Source of the DNA: Escherichia phage AV109
Reading direction: 5' to 3' (one strand)
Length of the DNA: 64,000 nt
Sequence record: OR352939.1
A model generated the notes under the pieces. It was not told where the DNA came from. It worked only from the letters and a program-made list of their open reading frames with translations, and ran no database searches. A program made the position numbers and the translations under genes. Positions within the stretch are counted from its first letter, which is position 1. Every line of letters starts with the position of its first letter. Shown here piece after piece: positions 37,494 through 46,135 of the stretch.

Positions 37494-37984
37494 TTAGGTT
37501 CCCAATCAACAATCACAATTTCTAGTTTAGTGGAATACGTATCTAAAATCTCTTCGATGACATCCCAGTTTCCACCACCAATACCTGCACCAATTCTTGG
37601 CATATAAATTACAGGCTTTGTTATCTTATTCTTTCCGAATTCATTTAATTCTATTATACAATTCATTAAAGCAGAGTACTCAAAATTAGGTCCCGGCTCA
37701 AACTGTGTATAAAGATTAAAGCAATAAGCTTTATGGGTCTTAAAATATTTTTCATAAACCGAATAAGTCCCGAGTTTAGACTTGTCTCCGAATTCGGTTT
37801 GAAGTTTATCGGCTTCCAGAATTTTTGGATAAGCCTTTGCTAATTGTCCTGCCACACCAGCGCCCATTGTATGAAAACAATTACACCCGTGAGCAATATT
37901 ATTACCTTTAGAAAACAGGGCGACAATATCGCCCTTGATATAGTTTTTAATCACTTGCTGCAAGTCCTCTAGTATAAGAGTCAA
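37490..37984 (-). CDS. macro-domain protein (ADP-ribose binding/processing)
   Basis: 164 aa; GNNIAHGCNCFHTMGAGVAGQLAKAYP and GAGIGGGNW motifs typical of macro domains. Confidence 0.7.
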   Translation of the reverse strand: MTLILEDLQQVIKNYIKGDIVALFSKGNNIAHGCNCFHTMGAGVAGQLAKAYPKILEADKLQTEFGDKSKLGTYSVYEKYFKTHKAYCFNLYTQFEPGPNFEYSALMNCIIELNEFGKNKITKPVIYMPRIGAGIGGGNWDVIEEILDTYSTKLEIVIVDWEPK

Positions 37985-38294
37985 CTAGACGGTCCACCAT
38001 AGAATTGCATGCTGCCTTATCTTTAGGTTCCGCCACCGAGCATTCTAATATTTGCCATTTTTTATAGTATCTTTTAATTAAGGTAGATGCCTTGAACCTA
38101 CTAGACACCCCATCTTTTTCTCCGTCTTTATACGCATATAACAATTTTTGTGAAAAATCTACTTTACACTCTCGACTTTTACCACAATAATCAGACGCCG
38201 TTCTGTTTGTATACTCCGTTACATCAGTATATGTAGTATTAGCAAGAGCGTTAAATGAAACCAAGCCAACTATTAAAGCCAACATTTTGGTCAT
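37947..38294 (-). CDS. secreted/periplasmic protein with signal peptide (115 aa)
   Basis: N-terminal MTKMLALIVGLVSFNALA; four Cys. Confidence 0.45.
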   Translation of the reverse strand: MTKMLALIVGLVSFNALANTTYTDVTEYTNRTASDYCGKSRECKVDFSQKLLYAYKDGEKDGVSSRFKASTLIKRYYKKWQILECSVAEPKDKAACNSMVDRLVDSYTRGLAASD

Positions 38295-38833
38295 TCTTTT
38301 ATTTCCAGTAGTTTATTTGATTTAAGGTAATTAGCCTTTTCTAGGACTTCAGAAGCATATTTACTTCCAGCACTTGTCTTCCATCCTGCATTATATGAGG
38401 ATATAGCTTTTCTTATATCCCCATTATGTATATTTAACCAATAAGAAAATTCGATATAAGCCCATCTGGCTGAATTAGACCGCTTAGATAGCATTTTCTT
38501 AATTTGGGCATCAGACATATTATAACCAAGCTGGTTAATTCTTGCCCTCATTGTTGGTAGATAATTTTGGAACATTCCATACGCATGGTGACCTTTCTTA
38601 TCTTTAAGATTAATACCGGCAGATGATTCCTGCCATAGTATTGCGGCCATTATGTATCCAAGTCCTTTCTTATGCATATTTTCATGCGTTTTAAATTTTC
38701 CGTCCTTAGAAAACTGTTCCCCAAACTGATAAGCATAATTCAAGTTATCGAGTTGGACATTACTAAAAGTATGCTCGGAGCTATGTGCTGATAACGAAAG
38801 AGCAAATAGACCAGCGAGTAGTGCTTTTCTCAT
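38291..38833 (-). CDS. secreted lytic-transglycosylase-like protein (SLT-type motifs)
   Basis: Signal peptide MRKALLAGLFALSLSAHS; WQESSAG, GMFQ and SYNAGW resemble SLT catalytic motifs. Confidence 0.5.
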   Translation of the reverse strand: MRKALLAGLFALSLSAHSSEHTFSNVQLDNLNYAYQFGEQFSKDGKFKTHENMHKKGLGYIMAAILWQESSAGINLKDKKGHHAYGMFQNYLPTMRARINQLGYNMSDAQIKKMLSKRSNSARWAYIEFSYWLNIHNGDIRKAISSYNAGWKTSAGSKYASEVLEKANYLKSNKLLEIKE

Positions 38834-38841
38834 GTTTACCT

Positions 38842-39300
38842 CTAGATTTTAATCACTGCTTTAGAAGCTTTTCCTGGTAGTCGTTTACTGTTAATAATAG
38901 CCATTCTACATTGAAGAGTCTTCATTTTGAATGCCGGATTTTCGCGACAAACTGTAAGTCCTAACCAAAGATTTCCGTCAGTTATTTCTAAACGGCCTGG
39001 GCGATATTCGACACCTTCGACAAAATCTTCATCAACATCCGGACGTGCCGGCATTGATAAAAATTCTGCAACTTCTTTAACGTGATTTTTTACTTTATGA
39101 AATAATTCAAAAACGTAATTCTCATCTATTTCTCTCTGGATGGCACGATCTAAGAGATGTTGAGAATACTTGATATGAAAGCCTGGTAGTCCAAGAGACT
39201 TTGCAGCATCTTTTATACCGGCATTTATTTTGCGGAACTCCGTTTCAAAGATTCGACGGAGTTTATTACGGCGGATAAAAACATCCGAATTGATAGTCAT
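38842..39300 (-). CDS. regB: RegB sequence-specific endoribonuclease
   Basis: 152 aa; MTINSDVFIRRNKLRRIFETEFRKINAGIKDAAKSLGLPGFHIKYSQHLLDRAIQREIDENYVFELFHK matches T4 RegB. Confidence 0.92.
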   Translation of the reverse strand: MTINSDVFIRRNKLRRIFETEFRKINAGIKDAAKSLGLPGFHIKYSQHLLDRAIQREIDENYVFELFHKVKNHVKEVAEFLSMPARPDVDEDFVEGVEYRPGRLEITDGNLWLGLTVCRENPAFKMKTLQCRMAIINSKRLPGKASKAVIKI

Positions 39301-39328
39301 TTTGATTTCTCCTCTAGTTGACAGGTCT

Positions 39329-39357
39329 ATAGTAACACAACTAGAGGAGAAGTAAAC
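39329..39357 (-). promoter_or_regulatory. T4-type early promoter for regB with 12-bp inverted repeat spanning spacer and SD
   Basis: Minus strand GTTTAC, TTCTCCTCTAGTTG in spacer, TACTAT, then CAACTAGAGGAGAA. Confidence 0.5.
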
Positions 39358-39361
39358 TACT

Positions 39362-39577
39362 TTATTGATAAAATGGAGTTAAAGCCCAGGATTCTTTAGA
39401 TACTATATTGGCGAAATGCCTCATCTCTTCGATTTGGCGACGACGCTGGTCAGCATAGTCTTCTTCGCCTTCTTCCTTACAGTCTTCAAGGTCTTCTTCA
39501 AGATACTTTAAGTATTCACTACAAATTTTGTTGACCTTTTCTTGGAAGTCCAATAACCCAGTAATAGTAGAAGCCAT
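39362..39577 (-). CDS. hypothetical acidic protein (71 aa)
   Basis: ORF. Confidence 0.4.
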   Translation of the reverse strand: MASTITGLLDFQEKVNKICSEYLKYLEEDLEDCKEEGEEDYADQRRRQIEEMRHFANIVSKESWALTPFYQ

Positions 39578-39843
39578 TAGTATTTTTCCTCAGGTCGAAA
39601 TACCGCACGACATGCCCACATGCTGGCTTCTTTTAGATGTTGCTTAGCATACTTAAGAGCCTGCACTGCATCCATATCTTCTTTGGTTTGTTGCTCTGTT
39701 TCATTTTCTTTCAAGATATATGCTTCTTCAATCAGAGCATCAAACATCAATCCAAGACGGACTTCGGCATCTTTAATAGCGTTCACTTTACTGATTTTAT
39801 CATCGGTATGCGGCTTGTAGCCTTTGATGTCTTCAATCGACAT
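39577..39843 (-). CDS. hypothetical protein; start uncertain
   Basis: Track ORF 39577..40011 overlaps the next ORF; internal Met MSIEDIKGYK is the likely start. Confidence 0.35.
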   Translation of the reverse strand: MSIEDIKGYKPHTDDKISKVNAIKDAEVRLGLMFDALIEEAYILKENETEQQTKEDMDAVQALKYAKQHLKEASMWACRAVFRPEEKY

Positions 39844-40057
39844 AAGGAATTTCCTCATCAGTGGCAAGGTCATATTCGACCAATTGGATAGGCTCATTAA
39901 TACCATATCCACGTACAGTGATATCGGTTGACGGATAGTTTCCAGTAATATCACCCATTCTAAATGCTTCAATGAATGATTGCTCGCCTGAGCAACTAAA
40001 CCAGGCGGCAAAACATTTTAAAACATCTTCAGACCCTTCTATAATCAATTTAGCCAT
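39833..40057 (-). CDS. hypothetical acidic protein (74 aa)
   Basis: ORF; start abuts stop of GrcA-like gene. Confidence 0.4.
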   Translation of the reverse strand: MAKLIIEGSEDVLKCFAAWFSCSGEQSFIEAFRMGDITGNYPSTDITVRGYGINEPIQLVEYDLATDEEIPYVD

Positions 40058-40419
40058 TATAGACTCTCAGTAAAGGTACGAGCGATAACGTCGCGCTGCT
40101 GTTCCGGAGTCAGAGAGTTAAAGCGAACTGCATAACCGGATACACGGATGGTCAGCTGCGGATATTTTTCTGGATGCTTAACTGCATCTTCTAGAGTTTC
40201 ACGACGCAGAACGTTAACGTTCAGATGTTGACCACCTTCAATTTTAACTTTAGGTTGATGTTCAATTTCAATTTCACGGGCATTCAAACCGTAGAAAATT
40301 TCCGGGTCTACAATAGCGTCTTCTTTAAAAGTCTTAGAGACAATAATCCGGGCTTGAGTACCGTCTTCAAAATAAATAGTGCCTTTATGTGCACCTTCAA
40401 GAATTTGATATGCTTTCAT
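40057..40419 (-). CDS. autonomous glycyl-radical cofactor GrcA/YfiD-like protein
   Basis: 120 aa; C-terminal [63 protein letters not shown] carries the glycyl-radical RVSGYAV motif and closely matches E. coli GrcA as I recall it. Confidence 0.85.
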   Translation of the reverse strand: MKAYQILEGAHKGTIYFEDGTQARIIVSKTFKEDAIVDPEIFYGLNAREIEIEHQPKVKIEGGQHLNVNVLRRETLEDAVKHPEKYPQLTIRVSGYAVRFNSLTPEQQRDVIARTFTESL

Positions 40420-40425
40420 ATAACC

Positions 40426-40734
40426 TCAGTTAGAAAATAAATTTATCCAAGTTTTTTCTTTAATCAAAAATGGGTCGGAATTAAACGCCATTAAACTTTG
40501 AGTGATTAATCCCTTAAATGGCCCATCAATAAATTCCATTTTGAAATGCGGAATACTAGTCATCAACCGTGCATTAGGAGCAGTACAAAGAACCTGCTGC
40601 CCTGCGAACGGTCCTTTAGTCAAACGGTATCGTTTAGGTTTAAAATGGTAAATCTCGTAATTTTCTACAAGAGCCATTTTATTGCATACTTGGCTGTTAT
40701 AACAATATTCAAAAACTTCAATAGTGGTCATCAT
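40426..40734 (-). CDS. hypothetical protein (102 aa)
   Basis: ORF. Confidence 0.45.
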   Translation of the reverse strand: MMTTIEVFEYCYNSQVCNKMALVENYEIYHFKPKRYRLTKGPFAGQQVLCTAPNARLMTSIPHFKMEFIDGPFKGLITQSLMAFNSDPFLIKEKTWINLFSN

Positions 40735-41270
40735 TGCATTCCAATCACAAAAAATTGAGGACGAGCATTACCGCCGATGCAATATTTGCTTTTGCAACAG
40801 TGTTGGACTGTTTTAATATGTACATTGTAAATCTTATCCATATCAGGAGCTTTAATAGGCTCGTCAATTATGTACAGAATACGAGAAAGCGTTAATCCAC
40901 GGAATTTAGAACCTTCATTGCCAATAAAACTACGAACAGAATCAGTAAATAAACGGAATCGAATATCGTCGCTAGAATAACGAGAAAATTCTTTTTTAAT
41001 GTTGCCGGCAGAAATTTTAGCATAAGCTGAAGTATTAGAAAGAACAATAACTGTTCCACCATCATACAGCCAATTAACAGCAAAATTAGTTACTGCGGTC
41101 GATTTACCTGATTGTCTGCCGCCGTCTAAACGAAGTGTACAGTACTGCTTGAGTACGTCTTCAAATGGTGGGACATAACCGTTCTTACAAATTTCTTCTA
41201 CTCTAGCATCAGAATGGTGTGTAAAAGCATTCATCAGGGATAGATAAGGACCAGTTAAAAATGTTCTCAT
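40731..41270 (-). CDS. P-loop protein (179 aa), function unknown
   Basis: Walker A-like GGRQSGKST; 4-nt overlap with downstream ORF. Confidence 0.5.
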   Translation of the reverse strand: MRTFLTGPYLSLMNAFTHHSDARVEEICKNGYVPPFEDVLKQYCTLRLDGGRQSGKSTAVTNFAVNWLYDGGTVIVLSNTSAYAKISAGNIKKEFSRYSSDDIRFRLFTDSVRSFIGNEGSKFRGLTLSRILYIIDEPIKAPDMDKIYNVHIKTVQHCCKSKYCIGGNARPQFFVIGMQ

Positions 41271-41351
41271 TTAGTTTCTCTTTTAGGTTGGGCCATTCCG
41301 TGGCGCATGAATTGTCCATTTCTGTATTTACCCCTCCAAGTAATTATGAAT

Positions 41352-41381
41352 ATACTATCACAATTCTAGGAGAAAGTAAAC
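41352..41381 (-). promoter_or_regulatory. early-promoter-like element
   Basis: Minus strand GTTTAC, about 18 nt, TAGTAT. Confidence 0.35.
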
Positions 41382-41383
41382 TG

Positions 41384-41686
41384 TTATTTACCTTTAATTA
41401 CTTTAGCTGCTTCGATAGCCGCTTGCTGAAGGTCATCCATAGACATACCGAATTTAGAAGCAAAGTTATCAATTTTCTTTTCGACAGCATTCAAAGGCTT
41501 GGCCTGTTTACCTTCATTAGCGCCAGGAAGAGCGAGAATACGCTCTTTGTCAATATAAAGGCTTACAAGTTTCTTACGGTCTTTATCGGACAAATCATGA
41601 AATGAATGGGCCTTTTTATTTATAGCGGCTTCTAATTTACCTGCACTCACTCGCGCTTCAGTAATAAATTCTTGATATGTTTTCAT
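41384..41686 (-). CDS. internal-protein-like, N-terminal capsid-targeting leader MKTYQEFITEA
   Basis: 100 aa; leader matches the T4 IP capsid-targeting sequence. Confidence 0.6.
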   Translation of the reverse strand: MKTYQEFITEARVSAGKLEAAINKKAHSFHDLSDKDRKKLVSLYIDKERILALPGANEGKQAKPLNAVEKKIDNFASKFGMSMDDLQQAAIEAAKVIKGK

Positions 41687-41727
41687 ATGTTTCCTTTAAA
41701 TGTAAATAGGCCTAAGTATTGGCCTTA

Positions 41728-42306
41728 TTAATTACCACGGGCTGCATTAGCAACGGCATAAGCATACTGAACATTAGCGTCCTTAAACGTACCTTTAGAG
41801 GTATCTATTTCTGCCTTAAAGCCGCCTTTAGTCATAACATCGGCAAATTCTTTACGGAAAGCCATTGCATCAAGACCTTTCCATGACGATTTATGCTTGG
41901 CAAATTCAAGACCGGCGTAGTTGACAGCCTTAGCTAATTTATTATCAATAACCCATTTACCTGCTTTAGGCACAAACTTCGGGCCTTTTTGTTTAGAGAA
42001 CAGTTTTAAATTCCAGCGACGAAGATCACTGTCGGCTTTAACAAAAGCTGCGTCTAAGTTACTAGCAACAACATCTTCAATATGAGCAAATTTAAGACCG
42101 TCAACTTCAATATTTAGATCGTTACGCCAACGAAGTCCTTCCCAAGCGAAGGCTTTAAAATCAGAAGCTTTTGTGGCTAGATATCGTTCAAGTGGAGCAG
42201 TTTTAGGGTCAAAGCCGTTTCCGCCACGATAAGTCCACTCGTCCTTATTAATGCCTTGAGCTTTTCCTGCAAAGGCCTCGGCGATAAATTCTTTATATGT
42301 TTTCAT
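41728..42306 (-). CDS. internal protein, IPIII-like size, leader MKTYKEFIAEA
   Basis: 192 aa; SD AGGAAAC; basic protein. Confidence 0.65.
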   Translation of the reverse strand: MKTYKEFIAEAFAGKAQGINKDEWTYRGGNGFDPKTAPLERYLATKASDFKAFAWEGLRWRNDLNIEVDGLKFAHIEDVVASNLDAAFVKADSDLRRWNLKLFSKQKGPKFVPKAGKWVIDNKLAKAVNYAGLEFAKHKSSWKGLDAMAFRKEFADVMTKGGFKAEIDTSKGTFKDANVQYAYAVANAARGN

Positions 42307-42327
42307 TTTTGTTTCCTTGTTTGTTTT

Positions 42328-42366
42328 GATAGAGTAATTATACCATATTAATACTTAAGCGTAAAC
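42328..42366 (-). promoter_or_regulatory. T4-type early promoter (GTTTAC / TATAAT)
   Basis: Minus strand GTTTAC, 18 nt, TATAAT, SD AGGAAAC. Confidence 0.5.
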
Positions 42367-42369
42367 AAT

Positions 42370-42630
42370 TTAAGCTTTACCGCCAGAAATAATTCCGAAG
42401 TTGTTAAAATCGTACCCAATATCGTCAACATCTACTTTAGGACTTACTACAACATAAGCAATTTCACTACGTTTTGCATAGGTGTTGATTTCTTTACCAT
42501 CGCCACCTAAGAAAGAATACCCATTACGTTTTAATGAGCCAAAGTCTTCGGCATCACCAATGAAAGCTTTAACTTTAAATTTAGGACCTTTGGCATCTGC
42601 TTCAGCGATAAATTCTTGATACATTTTCAT
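42370..42630 (-). CDS. internal-protein-like, leader MKMYQEFIAEA
   Basis: 86 aa. Confidence 0.6.
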   Translation of the reverse strand: MKMYQEFIAEADAKGPKFKVKAFIGDAEDFGSLKRNGYSFLGGDGKEINTYAKRSEIAYVVVSPKVDVDDIGYDFNNFGIISGGKA

Positions 42631-42636
42631 TTTTCC

Positions 42637-43050
42637 TTAGTAAATTGATTTACCATAGTATTTGTACCAAGTCGGACGTTGAGCAATTTTTTCATCTAAG
42701 CGTGCTTGACTTATCGCAATGGACGCTTCAGACGGGACGTAATTATTACGAAATTCTATAGGAATGTCGGAAATATCCTGGACAGTCGTGTCCTTGATTT
42801 TGAAACCACGTTTCAAGCATTCAGCGATTAGTTCGATTTGACGTAAACGTAAAAATTCGAGTTTGTCGTAAAAGAATGTTACGTGACCTGTGCCTAAGAT
42901 AAATGTTGGAGAGATTTTAAAATCCTTTACACGTTTACCGTTTTGAACATGTTTACGGACTGCACCAAATACGCGTGGTAATTCACGATACTCAGCCATA
43001 AGATGTTGGTCGGTCAGTTCAGAAACAAGTGTTAAATTGATACGGGTCAT
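42637..43050 (-). CDS. denV: endonuclease V (pyrimidine-dimer DNA glycosylase/AP lyase)
   Basis: [41 protein letters not shown] matches T4 DenV; ATG at 43050 with SD GGAGGAA (track start 43062 is TTG). Confidence 0.96.
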   Translation of the reverse strand: MTRINLTLVSELTDQHLMAEYRELPRVFGAVRKHVQNGKRVKDFKISPTFILGTGHVTFFYDKLEFLRLRQIELIAECLKRGFKIKDTTVQDISDIPIEFRNNYVPSEASIAISQARLDEKIAQRPTWYKYYGKSIY

Positions 43051-43077
43051 AATTTCCTCCAAGTAGTTGATGAATGT

Positions 43078-43107
43078 ATAGTATCAAAGTCCTTGGAGGA
43101 AGTAAAC
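43078..43107 (-). promoter_or_regulatory. T4-type early promoter with 10-bp SD/anti-SD inverted repeat
   Basis: Minus strand GTTTAC, TTCCTCCAAG in spacer, TACTAT, then CTTGGAGGAA SD for denV. Confidence 0.5.
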
Positions 43108-43108
43108 A

Positions 43109-43390
43109 CTATTTTTCTGAAGCGCCTGAAATATATTTTTCAAGACGTTGTTTCATTAGCGAGCCGTTCTTAGCGATTTCTTCCGGTTTATCGCACATAC
43201 GTAACAAGGCTTCAAGCTTAGCGATATCGCTGGTACGTTCAAATTTGCGAGTATCTATCTTACTAGCAAGTTCAGAAATACGTGCTAATAGACTTTCAGC
43301 TTCAACCAAAGCTGCACCTAGCTTAGTTGCAAATGTGTCAGTAGCTTCATTAAGAATAGATTCTGATAAAAATTCATTGTATGTTTTCAT
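43109..43390 (-). CDS. internal-protein-like (IPII-like position), leader [11 protein letters not shown]
   Basis: Start at internal Met of track ORF 43109..43405. Confidence 0.6.
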   Translation of the reverse strand: MKTYNEFLSESILNEATDTFATKLGAALVEAESLLARISELASKIDTRKFERTSDIAKLEALLRMCDKPEEIAKNGSLMKQRLEKYISGASEK

Positions 43391-43875
43391 ATATACGCTT
43401 TCCAAGTTCCTGTTTTAAATGTTGAGATTACGCGTTTCGCGCGATTAGGTGTCTGACGATACCATTTAGATTGGGCTAGATTTACTGCCGCTTCGTCCCA
43501 ACGTTTCTGTTGAAGCATACGAAGAGAATTAGTAAAACCGGCGACGCCTGCTACACCCATTTGGAAGACCATATTGACCAATGCACATCGACGAACCGCA
43601 TCTAAAGAATCATATACCGGTTTAAGTTTAGCATTACCCAAGATTCCGCGAACGGCTTTATCAACGTCTTCATTAAATAGCTTTTCAGCCTCATCGAGGG
43701 TAATTGTACCGTTGCATTTACGTCCGATCATTCTGTCAAGTTCAGCTTTAGCTACGGCTAAAGACGGGTTCTTTGTTACTAAATGGCCTATGCCAATCGT
43801 CCAAAAGCCTTCAGTGTCTTTGTATAAAGTTAGTCTAAGACCTTCGTCATTACGAAGCATTTCAAATATATTCAT
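43387..43875 (-). CDS. e: lysozyme (endolysin)
   Basis: [59 protein letters not shown] matches T4 lysozyme; track ORF has 4 extra N-terminal codons. Confidence 0.97.
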   Translation of the reverse strand: MNIFEMLRNDEGLRLTLYKDTEGFWTIGIGHLVTKNPSLAVAKAELDRMIGRKCNGTITLDEAEKLFNEDVDKAVRGILGNAKLKPVYDSLDAVRRCALVNMVFQMGVAGVAGFTNSLRMLQQKRWDEAAVNLAQSKWYRQTPNRAKRVISTFKTGTWKAYI

Positions 43876-43903
43876 AATACCTCCCACATTTATAGGAGGT
43901 ATT
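43876..43903 (-). promoter_or_regulatory. SD-sequestering hairpin with embedded late-promoter-like box upstream of gene e
   Basis: Minus strand AATACCTCC-TATAAATGTG-GGAGGTATT then ATG; 9-bp stem pairs the SD, loop carries TATAAATG. Confidence 0.5.
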
Positions 43904-43909
43904 TATTAC

Positions 43910-44368
43910 TTATAGGAGGGTAGTGAGCACCTTATATAATGATTTGCCCATTACATATTCCCATTGAGAAGGTTTAATTAAAGCGAATGCATCAAATTCA
44001 GGAATCTGACGTCCGTCTGGGAATGTATGATAGGAATTACAAACACTGTTTCTGAATTGCTCGTGCTCTACAGGGATGGTATATAGGAACAGATGAATAT
44101 TCTTATTATCTGAGTAATGATGTTCACCTAGGTCTTTCAGGAAGGCAGGGTCATATTGTGTAAACCCAGTTTCTTCTTCGCATTCACGAATAGCGGCTTC
44201 AATAGGAGATTCGCCAGGTTCGACATGGCCTTTAGGAATATCCCACCGATGAGCTAAAGAACCTTTAGGACGAGAACCAGTTACACGCCCCATGAATAAT
44301 TCTTTATCTTCGGTAAGGAAAATAATACCGGCTGATAGTTCTTTCACTTTATTTTTCTTACTCATCAT
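43910..44368 (-). CDS. nudE: Nudix hydrolase NudE
   Basis: 152 aa; Nudix box GHVEPGESPIEAAIRECEEETG. Confidence 0.88.
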   Translation of the reverse strand: MMSKKNKVKELSAGIIFLTEDKELFMGRVTGSRPKGSLAHRWDIPKGHVEPGESPIEAAIRECEEETGFTQYDPAFLKDLGEHHYSDNKNIHLFLYTIPVEHEQFRNSVCNSYHTFPDGRQIPEFDAFALIKPSQWEYVMGKSLYKVLTTLL

Positions 44369-44609
44369 CTCGGTCCCATGATTTGGCCATTAATTCGGAC
44401 ATAAATTCTTCAATGCGCGTTTCTTTAGATGGACTTTCACTATTAGAGACCGCAAGTTTGTAATCTGCAATAGGACAGAACATATCAAGGTCCATATTAA
44501 GGTCGTCTTTGATTTTTTCTTCTGACACATCTTTATCGTATGTGTACAGATAACTATCACATGATTCTGATTTAATGTAAATTGCTATACTCATCTCAAA
44601 TTCCTGCAT
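44358..44609 (-). CDS. hypothetical acidic protein (83 aa)
   Basis: ORF. Confidence 0.4.
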   Translation of the reverse strand: MQEFEMSIAIYIKSESCDSYLYTYDKDVSEEKIKDDLNMDLDMFCPIADYKLAVSNSESPSKETRIEEFMSELMAKSWDRDDE

Positions 44610-44827
44610 TCGGTAATAAAACGTTCAACTTCATTATTCTTGGCTTTTATCTTGTCTTTATGTTCTTGTAAACTACTTTTAATAAGATTAATAATGATAG
44701 CGACAGTGCCGCCGCCAATGATGCCACCAATAATACTTACGATAGTAGATGCTAATAAGATAGCAATAATATCAACAAAACCGAAAGAACTCACCTTAGT
44801 ACTAAAAAAACCATATAGACGGTACAA
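44591..44827 (-). CDS. small membrane protein (78 aa), non-ATG start likely
   Basis: Hydrophobic FGFVDIIAILLASTIVSIIGGIIGGGTVAIIINLI. Confidence 0.4.
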   Translation of the reverse strand: MYRLYGFFSTKVSSFGFVDIIAILLASTIVSIIGGIIGGGTVAIIINLIKSSLQEHKDKIKAKNNEVERFITECRNLR

Positions 44828-44922
44828 ATATAATCCATCCTGTTATCCATTGGCACTTATTGAAAAACTTTTCAAGCTCAGCTTGAGTTGTTCGTATTAC
44901 TTCATCGATAGGTTGATATCCG

Positions 44923-45072
44923 TTAATGTATCTGTTCACGATAATACCTGCTGACTGGTCCGATTTTAAATTCTTGGCAAATATGTTTCACTAAGTATGA
45001 TGGACATCCTGTCCAATCTACTGAATAGTATGAAATACCTTCATTGCCGTCGTCTATATTATTGTTAATCAT
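44923..45072 (-). CDS. possible small ORF (49 aa), not in ORF track
   Basis: ATG overlaps stop of upstream gene (TAATG); MINNNIDDGNEGISYYSVDWTGCPSYLVKHICQEFKIGPVSRYYREQIH. Confidence 0.35.
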   Translation of the reverse strand: MINNNIDDGNEGISYYSVDWTGCPSYLVKHICQEFKIGPVSRYYREQIH

Positions 45073-45758
45073 TACCAGCCTTCCATAGGGAATTCCAGAT
45101 AAACTTGAGCATTGACACGAATTTCATTGGTAATCTTTTTAACTCGGTCTGTATTACGAGATACACGTCCGAACCAACGCCATCCGTTACTAATTGCACG
45201 AGAACCAGTGTGCCATGTTTGCCAATCAAATTGAAGAAGAGTACGGTCTGGAGCTTCCCATTTCTCTAGTTCGCCTTTTTCGATTTTTTCGAGGACTTCT
45301 TTGTGCCACTGGCGATAGATAAGTTCGCCATCAGGAATCTGACTGAACTCTGCAGTTCCTGTTGCAAAATGAGTAGGACACACATCAGCGTTAACAAGAC
45401 CAAGAATATGTTCAGACAAATAGCGAGGATTGTCATAGTCAGGTTGTCCTGCAGTAATAAAGTGTTGACCAACTGGAATATCAGGGCGTGGAACATCGTC
45501 ATGGTGATATCCAGGAATAGCAGGGTACCAGCCAGGCATCAGCATGTGGACTCGTGAATCAAATACAACATCCGAGTCTTTCCAATCGTCAGGGAGATTT
45601 TGGATAAAGCTACGAGTAATTGGACCGCCATTATCAAAAGCAAAATTCAAATCGCAATTAAAGAACATAGGCTCGTTTTTAATCTGGCCATTTTTAATCG
45701 CATGAGCAAAACCACCTACTGCACGAGCTTGACTATTAAACACTTTAGAACTATTCAT
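45072..45758 (-). CDS. hypothetical protein (228 aa)
   Basis: ORF; 3-nt gap to upstream ORF. Confidence 0.5.
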   Translation of the reverse strand: MNSSKVFNSQARAVGGFAHAIKNGQIKNEPMFFNCDLNFAFDNGGPITRSFIQNLPDDWKDSDVVFDSRVHMLMPGWYPAIPGYHHDDVPRPDIPVGQHFITAGQPDYDNPRYLSEHILGLVNADVCPTHFATGTAEFSQIPDGELIYRQWHKEVLEKIEKGELEKWEAPDRTLLQFDWQTWHTGSRAISNGWRWFGRVSRNTDRVKKITNEIRVNAQVYLEFPMEGW

Positions 45759-45759
45759 A

Positions 45760-46065
45760 TTATTTTCCTCGGCATTCTTTAATGAAATTTTCTAGATTGG
45801 TAGATTCAATAGCTTTTTTACGAGCTTCTGCATGTTCTTCTTCGGACAATTTACATTTATAATTGACCCAGACATTATGGTCGAAACTAGTCGTGGCATA
45901 TAATAACAATGCTCCAACGAATAGCAAAAACGGTGATAAGAATACAAAACCAGGAACACCATCCATACTGTAAGCCTTTTGTAATACTGCAACAGAAAGA
46001 GCTGCGTAAAAAGGTGATGCAAATATTGTTAAAAGACCAATTCGGTTGGTTTCGCCTAATTTCAT
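45760..46065 (-). CDS. membrane protein (101 aa)
   Basis: Hydrophobic segments; SD GAGGAG. Confidence 0.5.
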   Translation of the reverse strand: MKLGETNRIGLLTIFASPFYAALSVAVLQKAYSMDGVPGFVFLSPFLLFVGALLLYATTSFDHNVWVNYKCKLSEEEHAEARKKAIESTNLENFIKECRGK

Positions 46066-46093
46066 AATATTCTCCTCATGTTTTAATAGGACT

Positions 46094-46123
46094 ACTATAA
46101 CATAATCCTATAATTATGTAAAC
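46094..46123 (-). promoter_or_regulatory. T4-type early promoter with ataggacta palindrome
   Basis: Minus strand GTTTAC, 18 nt, TATAGT. Confidence 0.5.
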
Positions 46124-46135
46124 AGTTTTGCGAAA

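Noticed and set aside
40892-41083. Minus-strand ORF inside the P-loop gene 40731..41270
   Set aside because: Out-of-frame overlap with a longer, motif-bearing ORF
45266-46022. ORFs 45266..45502, 45303..45557, 45600..45782 and 45792..46022
   Set aside because: Overlap the 228-aa and 101-aa genes in other frames or antisense
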